DNA of 64,000 nt from Alphaproteobacteria bacterium (GTDB lineage Bacteria > Pseudomonadota > Alphaproteobacteria > Bin95): contig OZ224045.1 of NCBI GenBank assembly GCA_963665325.3, positions 2,240,001 through 2,304,000 on the forward strand. The letters are read 5' to 3'. The first letter of the stretch is position 1. The number at the start of each line of letters is the position of its first letter. Below the pieces are notes generated by a model that searched no databases, was not told where the DNA came from, and was given only the letters and a program-made list of their open reading frames with translations. The position numbers and the translations under genes are program-made. Positions 42,464 to 52,942 of this stretch are shown in pieces.

Positions 42464-43674
42464 CCACACCTGTCGACAGCTTCTCCCGCGATGCGCGGGT
42501 CATCGGCCTCGTGGCCGCCGGGCACACGATGAGCCACATGTTCGTGTTCATGCTCCTGCCGCTTTCGGTCCGTATGCACGACGAGCTCGGGTTCAGCTAT
42601 CTGGATATCGGCATTCTGGCAGGCGCCTTCTCGGTGGGCGCGGCAATCTGCCAGACCGGCATCGGGTTCGTCGTGGACCGCATCGGCGGCCGTGCGCCGC
42701 TCATCCTGGGGGTCGCCGTGCTGTCCGGGGCTGTCATGGGGTTCGGGCTGGTCTCTTCCTTCTGGGCCATGCTGCCGCTCGCGGTCTTGGGCGGCATCGC
42801 CAATTCCGTCTTCCACCCCGCCGACTACGCCATCCTCTCGGCCTCCGTCGCCGAGCACCGCATGGGACGTGCCTTCTCCATCCACGCAGTCGCCGGCAAT
42901 ACCGGCTGGATCCTGGCCTTGCTCGGTCCCGACCTCGCAGACATCGTTGGCCTGAAGAACGTCTTCCTCATCGCAGGCGGCATCGGCGTCGCCGTGTCCT
43001 TCGCTCTCCTGCTCCAGTCCCGCCATCTGGAAAGCGCCGACGGCGAGGTGCAGCGGCGCGAGCAGGGCGGCTCGACCTCGGACGGGATCGCGCTGCTGCT
43101 GACCGTGCCGGTCGTGCTGCTGTTCCTGTTCCAGATGTTCCATTCCATGTCGCTTGGCGGCATACGCACCTTCGGCATCCCGGCGCTGCACGACTTGCGC
43201 GGCTTCGAGGACACGGTCCTCGCGAAGGCGCTGATCGCCTATATGGTGGCGGCCTCGGTCGGCAATCTCGCGGGCGGCTGGCTGGTGGACCGCACCGGAC
43301 GACCGCAGCTCGTATTTTTCGGTGCCATCGGCACGGTCTTCCTCACGGTCAACGTCATCGGCGCTGTCCCGCTGCCGCTCTACGGCATTGTGGCTCTGCT
43401 TCTGGTCGCCGGGGTCATGCACGGCGCGATCATGCCGACTCGCGACCTGCTGGTGCGCCGTATCTCGCCGCCGGGGCAGATGGGCAAGGTGTTCGGCTTC
43501 ACCTCCACCGGGCTGTCCATAGGAGGCTTCATGACTCCGGTCTTGTTCGGGTGGGTGATGGATATGGGCGACCCGCGCTGGGTGTTCTTCGGCAGCGCGG
43601 CGGTCATGCTGCTCGCTGTCGCCACCTTCGTCGAAACCAGCCGCAATGCGGGCAGAGCAAGGGTAACGGCATGA
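42460..43674 (+). CDS. MFS transporter
   Basis: GHTMSH, GFVVDRIG, NSVFHPADY, about 12 TM helices. Confidence 0.88.
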   Translation: MTTPVDSFSRDARVIGLVAAGHTMSHMFVFMLLPLSVRMHDELGFSYLDIGILAGAFSVGAAICQTGIGFVVDRIGGRAPLILGVAVLSGAVMGFGLVSSFWAMLPLAVLGGIANSVFHPADYAILSASVAEHRMGRAFSIHAVAGNTGWILALLGPDLADIVGLKNVFLIAGGIGVAVSFALLLQSRHLESADGEVQRREQGGSTSDGIALLLTVPVVLLFLFQMFHSMSLGGIRTFGIPALHDLRGFEDTVLAKALIAYMVAASVGNLAGGWLVDRTGRPQLVFFGAIGTVFLTVNVIGAVPLPLYGIVALLLVAGVMHGAIMPTRDLLVRRISPPGQMGKVFGFTSTGLSIGGFMTPVLFGWVMDMGDPRWVFFGSAAVMLLAVATFVETSRNAGRARVTA

Positions 43675-44546
43675 AACAGCTTCCGTCAGGCGACGATCTT
43701 TTCCTGGATCATGTCGGCTATTTCCTCACCGACCTCGAAGGGGCGGCGACGCGATTCGAGCGGCTGGGCTTCACCGTGTCGCCGATCAACATCCACTACA
43801 ACAGCGCCGACGGCGAGCTGGTGCGCTCGGGTACCGCCAACCGGCTCATCACCTTCGAGGCGGGCTATATCGAGGCGCTCGGCCAGGTCACCGATACGCC
43901 GCTCGGCGCGGAACTTGCCTCGGGCGTGGCGCGCTATGAAGGACTGCACCTGATCGCGCTCGCGCATGGACGGGTCGCGGAGCACAATGTCGGCGGCACG
44001 GCGATGCGCCCGACGGTCTTTCTGCGCCGCCCGCTGGAGGACGGACGCATCGTGCGGGCCACCGTGCGCCGGGCGACGGCCGGGGCGATGCCGGAAGGCC
44101 GCGTGCAGCTCCTGACGCACGAGACGCCAGAGTTGATCTGGCTGCCGGGAATGGACCGCCACGCCAATGCCGCGCGCGCGCTCACCGGCTACCTGCAAAT
44201 GGTCGCCGACCCGGAAGAGGCCGCTGAGCGCTACGCCCGCTTCGCGGGCCGCCCTGCCCGCAAGCTGGGGCCGGTGTTCGAGATCGCGCTCGACCGGGGA
44301 TGCTTCGCGCTCGCCGGCCCAGATGCGCTCGGCGCGCTATTGCCGGATACGACGCACCCGCCACCGCCCTTCGGCGCCGCAGTCGGCATAGAAAGCGCCG
44401 ATCTGGATCGCACGCGCTTCCTCCTCGCAAACGCGGGCATCACCATCCATGGGCGGCCGGACCGCCTGTTGGTCCCGCCGCAGGAGGGGCTGGGCGCCTG
44501 GATCGACTTCCACCGCCCCGGCGCCCCACCGCTGTGGGCTGCATGA
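43671..44546 (+). CDS. VOC / glyoxalase-like domain protein
   Basis: LDHVG, LGFTV, GTANRLI.F..GYIE, HAN.ARAL. Confidence 0.82.
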   Translation: MKQLPSGDDLFLDHVGYFLTDLEGAATRFERLGFTVSPINIHYNSADGELVRSGTANRLITFEAGYIEALGQVTDTPLGAELASGVARYEGLHLIALAHGRVAEHNVGGTAMRPTVFLRRPLEDGRIVRATVRRATAGAMPEGRVQLLTHETPELIWLPGMDRHANAARALTGYLQMVADPEEAAERYARFAGRPARKLGPVFEIALDRGCFALAGPDALGALLPDTTHPPPPFGAAVGIESADLDRTRFLLANAGITIHGRPDRLLVPPQEGLGAWIDFHRPGAPPLWAA

Positions 44547-45141
44547 CCGGTCCAATGGCCGCAGGAGCATTCGTTCGCTAGTTATGAAAATTTTCTGATT
44601 TTAGACTTGACCTCACTGGACCTGTAGTGCCAGTGTGTTCATCCCGCTCCGCATGTCCGTCACACGCGTCGCAAGCCAGACCCGCGCCCCGCTCGGCACC
44701 GGGATCGTCGCCGCTCCAGAGCCCCCCAGAACACGCGACTGCGTGGCCGCGTCCACATCCCGGTCGACTTTCACGCGCGAGCCGTCCGCCAGGGTAATTT
44801 AGATCCGCCCGGAGGCAGACGGTTCGATATCCGGCGGCGCCGGCAGCAGCTTCACCGGCGACGCCCTTTCCGTTGAAGAGACAACCACCGGGGCGAAGCC
44901 GCCCAACACGCGCACTCTCCCCGATCCCCGACAAAAGCCACAGGAGGCCTACCTCGGAGACTTACGGCGAAGACGCAGATCGTGTCCCGGGGAGAGGGTA
45001 ACCACCCGGTGAAGGCCGCAGGCTATACGGCCTCCATCGGATGCTCGCCCCGAATTTGCCATCGGCACCGCTTTGCCGGTATCTATCGGGCAAATCGGCG
45101 ATTGGGAAAAACCTGAGGTCAGTACAGGCGGGAAGGGCGCG

Positions 45142-47217
45142 ATGCCGCAGAACACTGTAGCCCCCGATGCTTTGGCCTCCCCGACAGCGGATGTAGCAAG
45201 GACGACAGAGCCTTCCTTCCGGAACGCCCTGCCCCATTTCCTGCCGCTCGCGATCTTTCCGCTGATTTTTCTGGCCCTGCTCCACGGCGGCTGGTGGATC
45301 GTCGCCCCCTTCGTCTTCTTCATGCTCGCGGGGCCGCTGGACATTGCATTCGGCGACGACGAACGGAACATGGACCCCTTCAAGACGCCTGAGAAGCGCT
45401 TGTTCTGGCACAATCTGCCGGTCTGGTTCTGGGCCTTCCTCTGGCCGCCGATTCTCGTGTTCGGGCTCTGGCAGATCCTCGTCGCCGGCCAATTCTCGCT
45501 CTGGGAGTGCATTTTGCTGGCGGTCGTGCTGACGGGCGAGGCGCAGGCTGTCTTCATCGTCGGCCACGAATTGATCCACCGGCGCTCGACATGGGAGCGC
45601 CGCCTCGGCGAGTTCCTGCTCGCGTCCGCCTCCTATCCGCAATACGCCACGGAGCACATCTATATCCATCACGCCATGGTCGGAACGCCGATGGATGTTG
45701 GGTCCGCACCCAAGGGCATGAGTTTCTGGCGTTATTTCCCGAGGGAAGTAGCGAGCAACCTGACGGGCTCGTGGCGCGTTGCCCGCGAGCGGCTGGCGCG
45801 CCGCGGACTGCCGGCCTGGCACTATGACAACCAGTTCTGGCGCTACGGTCTGGAGACCTTGTTCTGGTATGGGCTGGTGTTCTGGATGGGCGGCCCGTGG
45901 GCGGTTCTGGCTTACGCCGTGCTCTGCCTCGGCACCGTTTTCTCAATGAAAATCAGCAACTACATGCAGCATTACGGGTTGCGCCGGGTCCGCCGGCCCA
46001 ACGGGCGGTTCGAGAAAGTCCAGCCCCGGCATTCGTGGAATGCCAACTACAAGTTCGGCAACTGGATGTTCTACAACATGCAGCGGCATCCCGATCACCA
46101 TGCAGCGGCCAGCCGGCAGTATCCGCTGCTGCAGCAGCGCGGCGCCGATGAGTCGCCACAGCTTCCCGGCAGCTATGCCCAGATGTTCAACCTAGCTGTG
46201 CGTCCGCGGCGCTGGTTCGAGAAGATGGACCCGCTCGTCGACGAATGGCGGGCGCAGTTCTATCCCGATATCGACGACTGGAGCGCCTATGACAGCCCGG
46301 TCTCGGCGGCGCGCCCGGAAGCGTTCGACGCGATTGTCGAGATTTTCGGCGCTGCGCCGCGCCTCGCCGCATGGATCGAACGCAACCCGGAGCTGCTGGA
46401 CAGTCTGAAGGATCGGGAGTTCACCGATCTCGACCTGCCGAAAGGCTTCGGACCCGACTCCCGATCCGAGGCGGTTGCGCGGCGCGGTCTGACGCGCCTC
46501 TACTGGACGCGCGAGTTCGGCGCCGCCGAAATGAAGGAGCGGCTTGCCGAAATCCCCGCCCAGGACGCCGCCGACACTGCGGAGACCGTGCGCAACTGGT
46601 CGAACGACAAGGCCTTCCAGGTCGGAATGCACATCTTGCGGGGCAACCTGTCTCCGGCCGAAGCGGGCGTTGCGCTGTCCAGCCTTGCCGAAGCCTCGAT
46701 CTCGACGGTGCTTGCCGCGGTCGCAGATGAGTTCGCCGACCGGCGCAGCCGGGACGGCGATAGCGGCGTCGCAGCGGTCCTGGTCGGCGATTTGGCGAGC
46801 GGGGAAGCGGCGCCCGGCGCGTGTATCGATATCCTGTTCGTTTACGATGGCGGCCGCCCGGCCGACCATGAGACGTTATGCGGACGTTTCAATGCGGCGC
46901 TGGCGGGGCTTTCGAACGACAGCCTGCTTTTTGCGGCGCCGCCGCACGACTGGCAAGGGGGCGTTGCGCTACCGCTTTGCGACCTGGAGGACTATTGCGG
47001 GCAGGCCATCTCTTCCAGCGAAGGGTCGGACCTAGACCGGGTTCGTTGCATATTCGAGACTGGTGAAATCGGGCTCGGCGTCCGCGTTCGGGACATCCAT
47101 AGCCGTGTTCTGGCCGAATGCGGCGCGGAGGCTGTGCAAAGCGTCGGTTTGCGAATTCCGGCTCAATCATTCGGCAGGCCCACGCCGCAAATTGGAAGGC
47201 GCGCTGGGCCGCGGTGA
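45142..47217 (+). CDS. AlkB-like membrane di-iron monooxygenase/desaturase fused to a degenerate GlnE-like nucleotidyltransferase domain
   Basis: His boxes HELIH, EHIYIHH, NYMQHYG, QRHPDHH; C-terminal IFGAAPRLA..., LSSLAEA, GDLASGE...IDILFVYD. Confidence 0.82.
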   Translation: MPQNTVAPDALASPTADVARTTEPSFRNALPHFLPLAIFPLIFLALLHGGWWIVAPFVFFMLAGPLDIAFGDDERNMDPFKTPEKRLFWHNLPVWFWAFLWPPILVFGLWQILVAGQFSLWECILLAVVLTGEAQAVFIVGHELIHRRSTWERRLGEFLLASASYPQYATEHIYIHHAMVGTPMDVGSAPKGMSFWRYFPREVASNLTGSWRVARERLARRGLPAWHYDNQFWRYGLETLFWYGLVFWMGGPWAVLAYAVLCLGTVFSMKISNYMQHYGLRRVRRPNGRFEKVQPRHSWNANYKFGNWMFYNMQRHPDHHAAASRQYPLLQQRGADESPQLPGSYAQMFNLAVRPRRWFEKMDPLVDEWRAQFYPDIDDWSAYDSPVSAARPEAFDAIVEIFGAAPRLAAWIERNPELLDSLKDREFTDLDLPKGFGPDSRSEAVARRGLTRLYWTREFGAAEMKERLAEIPAQDAADTAETVRNWSNDKAFQVGMHILRGNLSPAEAGVALSSLAEASISTVLAAVADEFADRRSRDGDSGVAAVLVGDLASGEAAPGACIDILFVYDGGRPADHETLCGRFNAALAGLSNDSLLFAAPPHDWQGGVALPLCDLEDYCGQAISSSEGSDLDRVRCIFETGEIGLGVRVRDIHSRVLAECGAEAVQSVGLRIPAQSFGRPTPQIGRRAGPR

Positions 47218-47312
47218 TGCGGGCAGCACCCGATCTGTCCGTTCACCAGCGCTTCGTCGCCAGGTTCCCCCGCGCTGTTATGGACCCCGGTTCTGAAATG
47301 AGCCATGACGGC

Positions 47313-47603
47313 GGCGGTTGCGTTCGAGACCCGTCTTGAGGCCTCACGCCACGATGCCGCCAACGACAATGCCGAACACCGCATCGGCCTCACCCTGACC
47401 GCGCGATGGTGACCTGCCGGCGGCCATAGCGGTTGTCGCGGGCGGCGCGGATCGCTGGCCGGGTCGCCGGAACGAAGCGTCCATTCGCCCGAGCAATCTC
47501 GCCCGCACGAGCAAAATCCCTTTACCAGCCCGAATTCGACAAATTTTCCCCCCCATTTCCTCCCGTTTGGGAGGCTCACTGATATTCAAAAATTACATAA
47601 ATT
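47313..47603 (+). repeat. Junction unit copy 1: orphan adhesin barrel tail (...EHRIGLTLTARW*) + conserved spacer + promoter
   Basis: 47313-47412 matches 58348-58447 with one mismatch seen; downstream spacer similar to copies 2 and 3. Confidence 0.88.
47559..47603 (+). promoter_or_regulatory. Palindrome plus -35/-10 promoter, copy 1
   Basis: CCTCCC-GTTT-GGGAGG, CTCACT, 17 bp, TAAATT. Confidence 0.6.
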
Positions 47604-47649
47604 GCGCCCCGACAACAAGAGTTGTCGCGAGGCAAATGGGGGCTTCGAG

Positions 47650-50598
47650 ATGGGGATTTCCTGGTTCGGCCTGCGTTCTCTCGCAGCCGTGCTGCTGCTC
47701 GTTTACGCCGCGCTGGTCGCGGCGCCGACGCCTGTCCGAGCGCAGAACACCTGCCCCGAGCCCGACGACATCTGGTGCGCCACCCTGACGGTGGCGGAAC
47801 TGGAAGTTGGTTCACTTACGTTTGGGTTTGGATACAACATAAATATAGGAGGGGCATTGTCGCACGACGAGTTCAGGTATGAAGGCACGGACTATACGGT
47901 TGCCCTCGTAAATATCACGCGTTTTGTAAATCCCTCTCTGCAAATTCAGTTTGCCCCAACCGGCGAGACGGTTTTCGGCACGGATGGCCTCCTTCTCTAC
48001 GTCGACGGGACGCCGTTCGCGTTTGACGACGCGGAATTTACAAGCAATCAGTTCATATGGGGCAATTCCGGCCTGAGCTGGGCCGTCGGCGCCACCGTCG
48101 AGGTCAGGCTGACCAAGGCGCCCGAGCCCGGCGGATCCCTCCAGGGTCAGCCGCAGATCGTGTTCGCCGCGAACTCGGGCTCGTCGGAGCCGGCGGCGCG
48201 TTGTCTCGGCGCTCCCTATGAGTTCAGGCGTTGGGCAAACCGGCCGGGAGGGATACCCGGGACGACGTGGACCCTGGACGTCGTGGAGCCGTCGGGCGGG
48301 TTTCGCAACGGAGCCAGCTTCACCGCGGACGACTTCGAAATCTCCGACGGCCAGGTCAAGACCATAGCGGAGGTGAACTATCCGAATCAGGAAAACACCT
48401 CGAACGTTCAGCCATTCGAGATGGTCATCACCGCTGTGGGCGAAGGTGTAACCAGGAGCCGTACGGTACGGGTGTACATCCTCAAGTCGGATCGCACGGA
48501 TCATTCCTCGCTCAACGTCTGCGGCCAGGCCGCGGGGGAGGGGGCCAAACGACCGCGATTGTCGGTGGCGGACGCTGAGGCGTATGAGGGTATCGACTCA
48601 CATTTGAAATTCCGGCTGCGCCTCAACAGGCCGGCACCCGTGCCGATAAGCGTGGCCTACTGGACGTACCAAGGCACGGCGACCCGTGGGACTGACTACA
48701 ACGAGGTCCCCAAGAAGACAGTGACCTTCGAGGTGGACGAGCAGTTCAAGGAGGTCCTCGTGGCGATCCTCGCTGACGACGAGGCAGACGACGGCGAGAC
48801 GGTGATTCTCGAACTGGCCGAACTGAGTGAGAATGCGAACTATGGCCGGTCCCGTGCCACAGGCACCATTCGCGATGCGCCGACCGGTCCGTCGACACTC
48901 TACGTGAGAAATACCAGAGCGGAAGAATTCGACGAGAAAATGGAATTCGTTGTCAGCTTGTACCCGCCATCGAATGGGGTAGTCACGGTGAATTATACTA
49001 CCGCCGACGGCACCGCCGAAGCAGGCTTCGACTACACGACCAGATCGGGCACGTTGACTTTCGGAGTGGGCGAGACGCACAAGACAATTACTGTGCCGAT
49101 CACAGACGATACACTCGAAGAATCCGACCCCTTCGAGTTTTTCTTTTTGAACCTGACCGATCCGAGTGGCGCCACATTTGAGCGCGGCGTTACTTCCTGG
49201 ACAGCCAATGGCATCATTGAAAATCATGAAACCGAAGAGAACTCCTCCGCTGTCTCGTCCGAAATCGCGGACGAACCGCTGACGGCGGAATTCACCGGCG
49301 TGCCGGACGAGCATGACGGCTCAAGCGCGTTCACCTTCCGGATCGCCTTCAGCGAGGACATCCGCAATAGCTACCGCAGGGTCCGCGACGACCTGCTTGC
49401 GGCCACCGGCGGAACGGTCACCGGCGCACGCCGCGTGGACGGGCGACGCGACCTGTGGGAGATCGAGGTAGATCCGTCCGGCAGCGACGGCGTGACGGTG
49501 ACGCTTGCCGCGGGGGACAGTTGCGCGACGGCGCCCTGCACAAGCGACGGCCGAACGCTTTCGCAGGCAATCACGGCCACCATCGAGGGCCCGCCCCTTC
49601 CCGGGCTCTCGGTGGCGGATGCGCAGGTCGAGGAAGGCCCGGGCGCGAAGCTCGGCTTTGCAATCACGCTCGATCGTGCGGTCGCGTGGACGGTGACGGT
49701 GCAGGCGGCGACGTCGGACGGGACAGCCGTCGCAGGCGAGGACTATCGGGCGAAGACCCTGACCAAGACCTTCGCCCCGGGCGAGACGAGGAAGGTTGCG
49801 GTGATACGGGTGCTCGAGGACGGCCATGACGACGACGGCGAGACGCTGACGCTGACGCTGTCGAACCCGTCGGGGGCCTTTATCTCCGACGGCACGGCGA
49901 CGGGGACCATCACGAACTCGGATCCGCTCCAGAAGATGTGGCTCGCGCGGTTCGGGCGCACGGTGGCCCTCCAGACCGTCAAGGCTCTGGAGGGGCGCTT
50001 CGCCATCGGGTCGGACGCCTCGCCGCGCATGACGATGACGGTGGCAGGCCAGAGCATGGACCTCTCGCGGATCGGCGACGACAAGGCGCTGGCGGAGACG
50101 ATAACGGGGCTTGCGCAGGCGTTCGGCGCGCCGGGTGCGCCGGCGGCGAACGACAACGATCCGTTTGCGCGGCACGGCTTCGGCGAGGCCGGCAACGGGG
50201 CCGTCGCCTCGGCGCCGGCGCAGCCGGTTACGGGGCGCGATCTTCTGCTCGGGAGTTCGTTCCACTTCACGACCGGCGAGGCGTCGGGCCTGGGGGGCGC
50301 GATGACCGGCTGGGGCAAGGTGCTGTCGGGCGGGTCGAGCAGTTCGTTTGGCGGCGGGCTGTCGTTTACGAGCGAGACGGCGACCGGCGTGCTCGGCATG
50401 GACTGGGAGCGGGACAGGCTCCTGGTCGGAGTGGCGCTGTCGCGGAGTGTCGAGAAGGGCAGCGCGGCGTTCGATCGGACGGGTCTGCAATATGACATCG
50501 AGGGCTCGCTCTCGATGGTGACGCCCTATATGCGCGTGCGCGCCGGCGAGCGGCTGTCGTTCTGGAGCGCGGTCGGTTCGGGCAGCGGCTCCATGTGA
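47650..50598 (+). pseudogene. Large autotransporter-like adhesin with Calx-beta repeats, 5' part, truncated by transposon insertion
   Basis: Signal peptide (…TPVRA/Q), Calx-beta motifs (TADGTAEAGFDY..TLTF), WLARFGRTVA, start of beta-barrel; stop TGA is the first 3 nt of the inserted element. Confidence 0.85.
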
Positions 50599-50841
50599 GT
50601 GTGCTCTCGGTATCTGATGGCGGGATGGTCACGTTGTTCGATGGTTTTCAGGCGTCGGGCCGGGCGTGACGGCGGGGGTGTCGGACGGCCGTCGGCGCGT
50701 CAAGCCGCTTCGCGGCTCCTGCGCTGCGCTCCGGCCCTTCGGGTGACCCGCCGCCGTCCCTCCGACGGAGTGCATCCATGGCCGTAAGCAAGCTTCCGGC
50801 CACGGGCCGGCCGCTTTACGCAGTGTGACAATGGGAGCGGT

Positions 50842-50860
50842 GTTACCCGTTACCGTTACC
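50842..50860. repeat. GTTACC x3 iteron-like repeats, with inverted GGTAAC copies at 52958 and 52971
   Basis: GTTACC at 50842, 50849 and 50855. Confidence 0.7.
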
Positions 50861-50872
50861 CTCTCTCCCTAG

Positions 50873-52942
50873 CCCAAGTTTAACAGAGCATTTTGAAGAT
50901 CATTGATTATCAATGCCTTACGGAGCAATAATTTCGCGTCTGGCACTACATTTCGGTTATTTCGCCCGGTTCGGGATCAGACGATCATTTTCCTGATGCC
51001 TCCAGGGGCGGGGTCGATGCCGAGCGCGCGATAGATTTCTTGCTGTTCGGGCTCGGCCCGTGTGGCCTTGCGGACATGCAAGGTGCGTCCGTCCTTGCGC
51101 CTGAAGGTCGCGGTGACCCGCTGCTGGCCTTCGAGGATGGCTCGCAGGCTGGCCCAGCTGGCGTGTTCGCCGTGCTCGGCGAGGCGCCGGCGGATGGTCT
51201 GCACCATCTGGTAGGCGATCACGGTGATGAACAGGTGGCCGTCGGAGCGCCTCTGGGTCTGGTGGAAGATGGGGCGCAGGCCGAGTTCCGACTTGAGCGA
51301 TCGGAACACCGCCTCCACATCGGTGAGCGAGGTATAGGTCCGCCACAGCGCCTCCTCGTCCCAGTCCTCGACGTTGGTGCGCAGGCAGTAAACGCCGGGA
51401 TGGGTGGCCATGGTGCCGGCGAGCGGGCGGCGCTCCCATGTGACGGCCCGGGCCTTCTCGCCGCTTTCGTCGGCGATGACGTCGATGTCGTAGTGGGCCG
51501 CGGCGCCGCGGCTCTTCTCCCTGATCCGGCCGATCCGCTGCCAGACATGGTCGAGCCGCTTGCGGGTGCGCGGCCGCTTGAGGCCGTCGTGGAGCTTCTG
51601 CATCTCGCCCTCGAAGCGCGCGGCGAAGCGGTTTGCGATGCCCTGTTCCTTCTTCGCCCGCGCCTCGGAGTAGCAGTAGAGCCGCGCCTCTCCAGCTTCG
51701 GCGTCGACCGCCTTGTGGACATGGACCGTCTGGCGCGACCGGGTCTCGATGGCCAGCGCCAGCTCGGGATCGAAGCGGCGGGTGCGTTCCCGGCTGACCG
51801 CGAGATAGCGGTAGCCGTTCGCGCGCAGCCAGGCGATGTTGGCCTCGGTGGCGATCCCCGCATCCATCACCACCAGCGCGTCCGCCGGCGCGCCCAGGGC
51901 GCCGAGCATCGACGCCAGGGTCCTGTCTTCGTTGACCGCGCCCGAGAACACCTCGGAGCGGCGCACGAAGCCCGAGCCGTCGAGCACCAGCCCCAGGGTC
52001 AAGAGCGGGCAATCCGAGCGCTTCTCCTTGGAATGGCCGCGTTCGGCCTTGGCCTGGGCCGCCGCCGCGCCCTCGAAGAAGGTGTTGGTCAGGTCGTACA
52101 GCGTCACCGTGTGGCGCAGGCCGAACAGATCCGTCGCCCGATCGAACAGATGCGCCTCGATCGCCGCGCGCTGCGCCATCAGGGCGTCGGAGGCGCGGTA
52201 CAGGCGCATCATGCTCATGCGCTCGAAGTCCACCCCCAGCAACTCGCCGAGCGCCGAACGCTCGCACAGCCAGCGCCAGGAGGCGCGCTCCGAGCCCGGC
52301 GCCGCCATGCGCGCGATCACGGTGGCCATGGCGAGCGCGCGCTGCGTGCCGTTGAAGCCCAGGCGCTCCAGCAAAGCCTCCAGGCCGAGCCGCTCCATGG
52401 CCCACAGCCCGACATGCTCGACGCCGACCGAACGCGGGCGGATCAGCTCCAGGGAGCCGACATCCACCGTCTGCAGGTCAGGGCGCCCGGTCCCGCCGGA
52501 CGGCGCGCTGTTGAGCAATTGCGCGGCGATGCGCTGGGCGTGCCGCTCGACCTCCTCCGGACAGGACAGCGAAACCAGCTCGGCCTGGCGGTCGAGCTGC
52601 TGCTGGATCCGGCTGCACAGCACCGCCCAGTGCCGCCGCTCGACAGGGAAGTCGCTCCCCAGGTTGAGCAGGGTGCGCTGGCGGATCTTCCCGCCGTCGC
52701 GCTCCGAGCGAACAAGGCGATGGGAATAATAGACCTCGCCGCGCTCGCCGGTTCCGGTCCTGGTGCGGCGAATGAACATGGCGCACAGCATAGGAGCGGG
52801 CGCAAGGTCTCGAAATCCCCAAGTGAAAATATTATGGCACTACATTGCGCCCCCGGAAACCTCAATCCAGCAATATCAATGGCTTGATGACACCGCGCCG
52901 GCCAACCTCGACAAAATCGGCCACCAAAACGTTAAACTTGGG
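50873..52942 (-). mobile_element. IS1634-family insertion sequence (2070 bp)
   Basis: Terminal IRs CCCAAGTTTAAC / GTTAAACTTGGG; CTAG duplicated at 50869-50872 and 52943-52946. Confidence 0.88.
50977..52779 (-). CDS. IS1634-family transposase
   Basis: MFIRRT...RQRTLLNLG, LYDLTNTFFEG, GHSKEKRSD, VMDAG, VEAVFRSLKSELGLRPIFH. Confidence 0.9.
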   Translation of the reverse strand: MFIRRTRTGTGERGEVYYSHRLVRSERDGGKIRQRTLLNLGSDFPVERRHWAVLCSRIQQQLDRQAELVSLSCPEEVERHAQRIAAQLLNSAPSGGTGRPDLQTVDVGSLELIRPRSVGVEHVGLWAMERLGLEALLERLGFNGTQRALAMATVIARMAAPGSERASWRWLCERSALGELLGVDFERMSMMRLYRASDALMAQRAAIEAHLFDRATDLFGLRHTVTLYDLTNTFFEGAAAAQAKAERGHSKEKRSDCPLLTLGLVLDGSGFVRRSEVFSGAVNEDRTLASMLGALGAPADALVVMDAGIATEANIAWLRANGYRYLAVSRERTRRFDPELALAIETRSRQTVHVHKAVDAEAGEARLYCYSEARAKKEQGIANRFAARFEGEMQKLHDGLKRPRTRKRLDHVWQRIGRIREKSRGAAAHYDIDVIADESGEKARAVTWERRPLAGTMATHPGVYCLRTNVEDWDEEALWRTYTSLTDVEAVFRSLKSELGLRPIFHQTQRRSDGHLFITVIAYQMVQTIRRRLAEHGEHASWASLRAILEGQQRVTATFRRKDGRTLHVRKATRAEPEQQEIYRALGIDPAPGGIRKMIV

